Of a DNA stretch of 64,000 bases, positions 54,086 through 64,000 are shown one piece after another (position 1 is the first letter of the stretch; each line of letters opens with the position of its first letter). The translations under genes were made by a program, and so were the position numbers. The stretch spans positions 28,644,001-28,708,000 of the forward strand of contig OZ281496.1 in the NCBI GenBank assembly GCA_965637545.1, written 5' to 3'. Origin of the DNA: Phallusia mammillata. Its lineage: Eukaryota. A model generated the notes under the pieces. That model ran no database searches and was not told the DNA's origin. It was given only the letters and a program-made list of their open reading frames with translations.

Positions 54086-56219
54086 ATGATGAATATTTAC
54101 GAAACGCCGGATCTAAATGGTATAAAGTGGTTTTGTGTTTTGTATGAGCGCTTTAAAATCAGAACGAATTTTGTTTTGGGGTATGATGAAATGCATATCC
54201 GAGGCGTAAAATTCATAAAAAATGTCAAATTTATAAAAAATAATGTGCGAATTTTCCAAAAAAACGTACAAAAAGATTAGACAATAAACTGAGTTGATAA
54301 TATTTTTAACTATAGGTGAAAAGGGTCAACCAGCAACAGAGATTAAAAAAGAAGGTTACATTCCAAGTGTGTCAAGCCCATCCAAGTCAATCAAGTTCGG
54401 CGTTATGATTGCTGTTGTCTTGTGCGTTGTAATAGGGTTGGTAGTTGGCAGCTACGTTTTGGTAACTATACTTTTTTAGTTTGCAATTATGGATGGAAAA
54501 TTATAATTTAAAAGTTCAAAATTGACCCAGGTGTTCACCGCGAAGACTAAAGGCAATCTCGGTAAGTTTAAGAAAATTTACAAATTATGTGCTTAAATCC
54601 GATTTGAATCAATAAAACAATTTGACAACAATAATACAGTGTCGGGTTCAATACATCTGCAAACATTTAGGTGCAAGAGAATTAGAACAACTAGCGACGG
54701 AGATACAGAAAAGATTGAATCAGACAGAAGGTAGGAACTTGTATTTAACCTGAGAAATTCAAGCTGGTGGCAAAAAATAACCTTTTGACACTGTTTGACA
54801 GGACCAAGGGGATTTCCCGGTCCCAAGGGAGACAAAGGCGACGCAGCAGAACAATGCGAATGTGATTCTGAAATCGAACTTCGAAAAATGTTGCAGCAAC
54901 TACAATGGAGACTTGCCAAGGCTGAAGGTATTTGGGAAGATTGTTCACAAAGTAATGTCTGCTATTACATGCACGCTTTACGTTTTTTAACATTCATGTT
55001 TAGCTTCCATCAACCCAACGTCTTGTCGAGATGTTGCACCTCGCTACGCAAACGACACCGGCGGCGTTTATACGATTTATCCACTCACTGGAGGACGACA
55101 GGGATTCAAAGTTTATTGCGATTTGGTGACAGACAGTGGCGGATGGCTGGTAGGGTGAATGTCTCTTTTATTAACCAAATAAAACGAAATTTTACTTAGT
55201 AAAGCAAACCTGAATCAACAGATATTCCAGAAAAGGAAAGATGGGTCAGAAAACTTTAACCGTGGGTGGGTTGATTATGTGAACGGATTTGGGAAACTAG
55301 ATGGCGAATTCTGGTTGGGTAAGTGGGCATGCTTTTTCAGTTGGAATCTGTAGTGTTTACAATTAAATGATCTCTATGTAAACAGTATATCACGTGACCG
55401 TATGTGACCACGCCGTATCTATGAGCGCGAGCAATAGCGAAAGCATATAAACAAACATTTTGTGTTATGCCTATAGTCTCTAACACAGCACTAGGCAGCA
55501 GAACGTGTGTGAATGGAATGGAACTGCTAATGATAATTTTTTTCATGTAAATTTATTGTTTACAAAAACCTACAAAAGTATTTAACACTTTATTGCACCA
55601 CTCGTAATAGTTTCTACCTACTGCAAACCCTTGACCAGTTTACAGCAAACTAATTTGCTTTCCAGGTCTTGAAAACTTACACTTGATAACAAGTAGTGGA
55701 GATTATGAAATGAGAGTTGACATGGAGGACTTTGAAGGAAACAAATCTTTTGCATATTATGGGTAAGGGTGTGATTTTACAACATGAATAATACTTTGCA
55801 CTAAAACCTATTTTATCATTAGGATTTTTTCTGTCGGCCCAGGAAACGATTATGTCTTAACACGAGAACATTTTTCCGGGCCAGCAGGTACATTTTTTTT
55901 TACTCAAATATTTTTACCTATAATCATGATGATTGTTGTCATACTGCAAGGTAATGGATTGCAACTTGTTAAAGGTAATGGGTTGGAACCCACTGGTACT
56001 AGATTCTCCACAAAGGACAGAGATCAAGATACACATTCAGGAAATTGTGCTCAGACTTACAAAGGTGGTGGATGGTTCACACATTGCCACGCTGGCAATC
56101 CCAATGGTTATTACTATGGTGGTCCACATGACTCATATGCTGATGGTGTTTGCTGGAGGCCATTTCGTGGGTATTACTACTCATTGAAAGCAATAGAGTT
56201 AAAAATCAGAAAAAAATAA
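54086..56219 (+). CDS. Gene E: type II membrane FReD with Tyr-containing cytoplasmic tail and collagen, about 348 aa
   Basis: Exons 54086-54119 ([11 protein letters not shown]; inferred first exon), 54316-54461 ([22 protein letters not shown]), 54531-54561, 54671-54730, 54802-54927, 55004-55149, 55222-55318, 55666-55762, 55823-55887, 55975(or 55951)-56219; open frame. Confidence 0.86.
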
Positions 56220-57212
56220 TTGCACATATAGTATGATAACGATTAAACGACAACCTACTTCTATATATGGTATATAAGGTGCACATTAAGCGATTTATAC
56301 AACCGATTTTAAATAAAAGTGACAATCATACAAGTTGTTTTGTGAACAAACTACGATTCCAAACATAATTGGCCGCAAGAAAACAAAAAAACGAGATAAA
56401 CGTTTAAGAGTGATTTTGCCAGAAATCTAACATAGCATCTTGAAGTGACGTCGCGTAGTTTTTTGGCTTAGATTGTCAAGGTGCGGCAAACTAAAGGCAA
56501 TCGGTCAATTATATTGGGCATTAAAAACAGGGGCAACTTTACCATGAAAATTTGAGTAATGAAGAATTTACTGTCTGAAATAGAATGGAGCCAGATTCGC
56601 AAAATTATAAACCTTTCGTAGGTAGGTATTAGACATTGATAATAAATTTTCAGCCTTTATCCGAACTGACACCAAGATTTAGCTGCAAACCTATTCACTC
56701 TTTTAACAGAAGTACCACACACCGCATTACAAACTGTGCAGCCTACTCATTTCCGTTCTATATCGTGCGTAATTTCCGTTGCTACGTATTTTCATGGGGA
56801 ACAAACTCAAATAACATTACGCTTGTGTTGCGTTTATCGGATAAAAGTGGTAAATCATGAAACAGAGGTGGTATACATGGTTTTTAAGCCTGTTACTCCC
56901 AACAAATTGGATTGCCGTTGTATGACTCACCAGGCAATACGACCGATCTCTCGTCGCCTCAAGCTACACTTTACAGACCTTACAGGTCGAAACAGTGTGT
57001 ACTGTCCGCAGTTTATAATTTATTAGCTTTTACGACTAAATATCATTGAACTAAATAATTTTGGGGAACGTAGAGTTATTACCAATTTTTTACAAAAGTG
57101 TTTTTACAATAACATGAGCTCACATGCAAAACGTAGCGTATGTCGCAGCTTTAAGCGAGCTGCGTAAGAAATGCAAAAACCAACTGCACTGAAAGACGTT
57201 GACGCAAACGCG

Positions 57213-59465
<2,253 letters not shown>

Positions 59466-59990
59466 TTGCAAACATAGTAGGATAATTAAACGACAACCAA
59501 CTTATATTTATGGTATATAATATGCGCATTTAGGTGAGTTATACAACCGATTGCAAATAAAAGTGTATGTGTACAATGTGCAAGATTTAAAAACAATTAT
59601 ACAAGTTGTTGTGCAAACAAACTACGTTTCCAAAGATATTTGGTCGCCAGAAAACAACAAAACTAGTTAAATGTTTAAGAGTCATATAAATGTTTATCAG
59701 AAAGCTAACATATTATCTTGAAGTGACTTCGCGTAGTTTTATAGCTTAGATTTTTAAGGTGTGGCAAACTAAAGGTAATCGGTCCAGCTTATTTGCCATT
59801 AAAAACAGGGGCAACTTTCCCATGAAAGTTTGGGTAATGTCGAATTTACTGTCTGAAATAGAATAGAGCCAGATACACCTTTTGAAGGTAATTAAGTATT
59901 ATACATCAATGATAATTGTTTAGCCTTTATCCAAGCTGACACCAAGGTTTAGCTGCATAACCACTTACTCATTTAACAAAAGTACCATGT

Positions 59991-60245
59991 GGAACAAACT
60001 CAAATAGCATTACGCTTGTGTTGCGTTTACCGGATAAATGTGGTAAATCAAGAAACAGAGGTGGTTTAGCCACGCACATTTCTTACTTGCAGGCCTGTTC
60101 TGAACTGTTCCCAACACGGAACGAACTCAAATAGCATTATGCGTGTGTTGCGTTCGCCGGATAATAGTGGTAAATCAAGAAACAGAGGGCTCAGCCAACA
60201 CGCACATTTCTTCTTGCAGGTCTCTTCTAAACTGTTCCCAACACG
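59991..60245. repeat. Two-copy tandem repeat (about 127-bp unit)
   Basis: aactcaaatagcatta..gtgttgcgtt..ccggata..gtggtaaatcaagaaacagag..cacgcacatttc..ttgcagg occurs twice; related sequence at about 56800-56870. Confidence 0.85.
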
Positions 60246-60693
60246 AATATTCATAACTGTTTGGTCCGACATGATAAACAGAAGAATTACAAATATTCGT
60301 TACTGCAAAACAATCCGCAACTAAAACGTAGATGAAAAAATAAATAGCGGTGATCAAAAATCGAGTTTCCTTTTTATCCAAGTTAATCACACGTACGGAG
60401 AAGAAGTCATCGGCGTATTTCTGTCTGTTTGGAAGAACTCGGGCGGACGATTGAAATAATTTCGGCAAAGGTTTTGATACATAACAAAGCTCAAAATATC
60501 TAAACGAATTTCTAGTGTACAAGGAAATAACAAACTGAGCCCGTTGATAAGCGGTGGATAAAGCAGTTGGTGTTGTCTGTTACAGGAAAAGAGAATACAT
60601 GCATTAAAGGAACGTGGGAGGTTTGACGGGTCCCACCAATGTTTTTGCCCAAACCAGCTGACGAGTCAAACAAGTGTTTTTCGTTTTAGAACG

Positions 60694-63188
60694 ATGGAAG
60701 TTAATTTGTCAAAATCAATTGGTACGTTGTTACTTTATTATTTCAGTTTTGTACTTTCAGGTTCTAGTCTACGTTTTTGGCATGTTGGAGTTTAGGACAT
60801 TTGTTAGAATGTTAGATTAAACCTATTATGCCAAAAACGATTATTGGGAAATGACAGCAGCAATGATTTAAAAATTAACCACAGGAAAAAAAGCTGCAAA
60901 TTTAGAAACATTTTTAATTTTAGAAACAAAACGTCATTCACCACCAACAGAAAAAAAGATGGATTCTACAAGTCTAAGAAAATTTGACGTTGTCATTGCT
61001 CTTGTTATGTGTGTTGTAATAGGATTAATAGTTGGTGGCTACGTTTTGGTAAGAACTGTTATTTTCATTTCTTACCATTACGCGTAATAGAAATGTAAAC
61101 ATAGTTTTTTTTATACACAGATGTTTAACGGAAAGTCAAACAATTTTCTCGGTAAGCTTTCGTGCCAAATTAACTAAAACCTCTTAGTTAAAATATTGTA
61201 ACTAGCATGGCTTATTATTTTAGGTAAACAACAATTGCAGCAACTGGCAGCTGAAACTCAAAAAAGACTAAATCTATCGAAAGGTAAAGGGTATTTGATT
61301 CCAAAAAATTACCAATAACTTTCAACTAACGCAAATTCTTGAAATAATATAGATCAACAAGAACTACGTCAACTAGCAGCTGAATTGCAGAACAGACTGA
61401 ATCTAACAAAAGGTAAAAAGTCTTTGAAACCAAAACAATTACAACATTTTACTTAATGCAACGTTTTGAAATGCTGCAGGAGAACAGGAATTACAACAAC
61501 TAGCGGCTGAATTGCAGAAAAGATTGAATCTGACAGCAGGTATAATTCATCTTAGATTTAAATGACACAATTCTAAGAAGTCGATTGAAACAAAACGTTA
61601 CGACTTCAAAATATAAATGTGACGAGTTTAGTCAAGTTGAGAGCGGGAAAATCTGTAAATCCATCGTTTTCATTGTAGTGGACATAAAATGACCTACCTT
61701 AGTTACTTTCTCCATTTGACAGGTCCACGAGGATTTCCCGGTCCCAAGGGAGACAAAGGCGACGCGGCGAAACAATGTGAATGTGATTCTGAAATCGAAC
61801 TTCAAAGCGTGACTCAGCAATTACATAAGAGACTTGCAAGAGCTGAAGGTGGTTGAAAGTTAATTCAGAAACCAGTTAACAAGATCTCATAACGATGTTA
61901 ATAAATTTATTGATCCCGTTGGAATTTGACTAATAAAAGTTAAAATATCCGAGGCCGAATTCAAAAGAATACTTTTATTTGGTCAAGACAAAAAGGCAAT
62001 TGCCTTGTCCAGTAGCTATTTCCTTTTTTCATTGTTTATGTTCAGCTGCAATCAACCCAAAATCTTGTCGAGATGTTGCACCTCGCTATGCAAACGACAC
62101 CGGCGGCGTTTATACGATTTATCCACTCACTGGAGGGCGACAGGGAGTTAAAGTTTACTGTGATTTTGTGACAAACAGCACCGAATGGCTGGTAGGGTGA
62201 ATGCTTGTGCATTGAGTATAAAGGAAAAATACAAAAAGTAAATCAACAGGTGTTCCAGAAAAGGAAAGATGGGTCAGAAGACTTTGAGCGTGAGTGGGTT
62301 GATTACGTGAACGGATTTGGAAAACAAGATGGCAAATTCTGGTTGGGTAAGAGTTTCGCCATAACGTTCTCAATGGCTCTGATGTAATGAACCTTACCAC
62401 AGCTACGTGCTAAGTAGGCAGCAAGTAGGCAATTGGCTGGGTTCTCACTTTAAGTTGCGAGCTGCGTTTTGAGAGGGGCAAAAAGTTACTTTTGTTGCAC
62501 GTGCATGCATCTCGTAAGCCGTTTAAACACTTTTATCTCATCCGCATTTTACCGTTGTTATTGCGACCTACCTACTAGTTGTGGAGTATTTGATCTGTCA
62601 ACATTGTCGCAAACCCCGTTTGCTTTCCAGGTCTTGAAAATCTGCACTTGATAACAAACAGTGGCGATTATGAAATGAGAGTTGACATGGAGGACTTTGA
62701 TGGAATAAAATCTTATGCGCATTACGGGTGTAAGATTCGATTTTACAACAATCATGGTATTTAGACTAACCTGTGCCTGTCGCAACTATTTCAGGATATT
62801 TTCTGTTGGCCCAGGAAACGACTATGCTTTAACACAAGGCAGTTTTTCCGGACCAGCGGGTAAGTAAGTAAATAACTAGTTTTATTTTAGAATGTGCAAA
62901 TGCGTGCACCAGTTATCTAAAAACGAGGGAAATCAAGTTTGTTATTTCTTGCAACCCACTGGTACAAGATTCTCCACAAAGGACAGAGATCAAGATACAC
63001 ATTCAGGAGGGAATTGTGCTCAGTCTTACAAAGGTGGTTGGTGGTTTACAGATTGTCATAGTGGAAATCCCAACGGATATTATTATGGTGGTCCACATGA
63101 CTCATATGCTGATGGTGTTAACTGGTATTATTTCCGTGGTCACCACTATTCACTTAAAATAATGGAAATGAAAATCAGAAGAAAGTAA
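60694..63188 (+). CDS. Gene G: type II membrane FReD with triplicated coiled-coil exon and collagen; last acceptor doubtful
   Basis: Exons 60694-60721 (inferred first exon), 60924(or 60885)-61048 ([22 protein letters not shown]), 61121-61151, 61224-61283, 61353-61412, 61480-61539, 61723-61848, 62046-62191, 62250-62346, 62631-62727, 62795-62859, about 62938-63188. The usual aag|GTAATGG start of the last exon is gone; the only in-phase AG found is a weak caag at 62937. Confidence 0.78.
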
Positions 63189-64000
63189 ATGCATGTGCAG
63201 TTTTAAATAAAACGTTGCCTAGGCTTGTTTGTTTATTGTGTTTATGCTGCACGAACTGTATATATATGTATTTAATTGTGTTGAAACATGTGTATGAAGT
63301 ATTCAACTTGACAATGTTTGTAATATTGTAAGACTTTGGCTTATTTACTGCTGGTAAGTTCTTAAATTGTATACACCGTCTTTATGTTAAAAACATGGAC
63401 CATGAAACACATATATATTAAAATGGCGATTGGCGGCTATTTACGAAACACCTGGCATTATGCTTTAGTTTGTTGCTTGTCGGTCCGGGGAAAAATGCAT
63501 TGAGCAATAAATTCGTTGTGAAAACTCGTTTAATGCGTTTCATTTCTCCACCACAAAGCACTGCAGGTCTAAACAACGTCAATTTTTAGGGAAATATATA
63601 TGATTTCTACCAGACGCATAGCATAAACATTTTCTTTCACATGCGTGCAAACGTTTACAAACACGGTTGTCCAAACCCCACAAGATTACATTTGCTCTTG
63701 TATCAAGTGGATACAATGAAAAGCTTGTAAAAAGTTTTTGTAACTTGACTTTTAGGGGCGTTATAGTTTCAAAAACGTTGTTAACTTCGTTAATGACCAG
63801 TAGTAGGGATTGTCATGAAAGTATCACAAAACTCCTTAATCACAATTACTCCTCAGTCTTTTTAATTTTTCCTCACAACATAATATAGTTTGATGAATAT
63901 TTAATTTTTCTGAATGAAAATTAATTAAAGCAAGCACTACAAAGGGCGTGGTGTGGAAGTATAGCTTAGCTTAAAATGAAAAATAAATGAAGTAATCAAA

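Noticed and set aside
59991-60245. Tandem repeat considered as a CRISPR-like array
   Set aside because: Only two whole-unit copies with no unique spacers, in a eukaryotic context.
62860-62890. Strong-looking acceptor ttttattttag at 62890 for the last exon of gene G
   Set aside because: It would give a 31-nt intron and the wrong phase.

Overview
AT-rich animal genomic DNA with compact GT-AG introns. An invertebrate, possibly a tunicate, is my inference and is not provable from this window. (1) 1-26.7 kb: 14 minus-strand coding exons of a Bicaudal-C (KH-domain RNA-binding) gene that runs off the left edge before its SAM domain. Its introns carry hAT-type MITEs and four copies of a small repeat containing a minimal hammerhead-ribozyme motif; two of these copies sit between long target-site duplications. 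(2) 26.9-36.7 kb: no confidently supported gene; one MITE and one candidate unannotated spliced transcript. (3) 36.7-63.2 kb: a rearranging cluster of seven ficolin-like fibrinogen-domain (FReD) genes plus relics, built from one five-exon FBG cassette joined at phase-1 junctions to different N-termini. The members are an LCCL-LCCL-EGF-cbEGF-cbEGF-FBG chimera (A), a pseudogene (B), a secreted collagen-FBG ficolin-like protein with a PGKRGP motif (C), and four type II membrane FReDs (D-G) that differ in cytoplasmic tail, stalk length and collagen content. The sequence directly shows exon duplication, a likely gene-conversion tract over the ligand-binding subdomain, rearrangement breakpoints and two MITEs sharing one target site. 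All gene models were built by hand from splice signals and reading-frame phase; no database searches were run.
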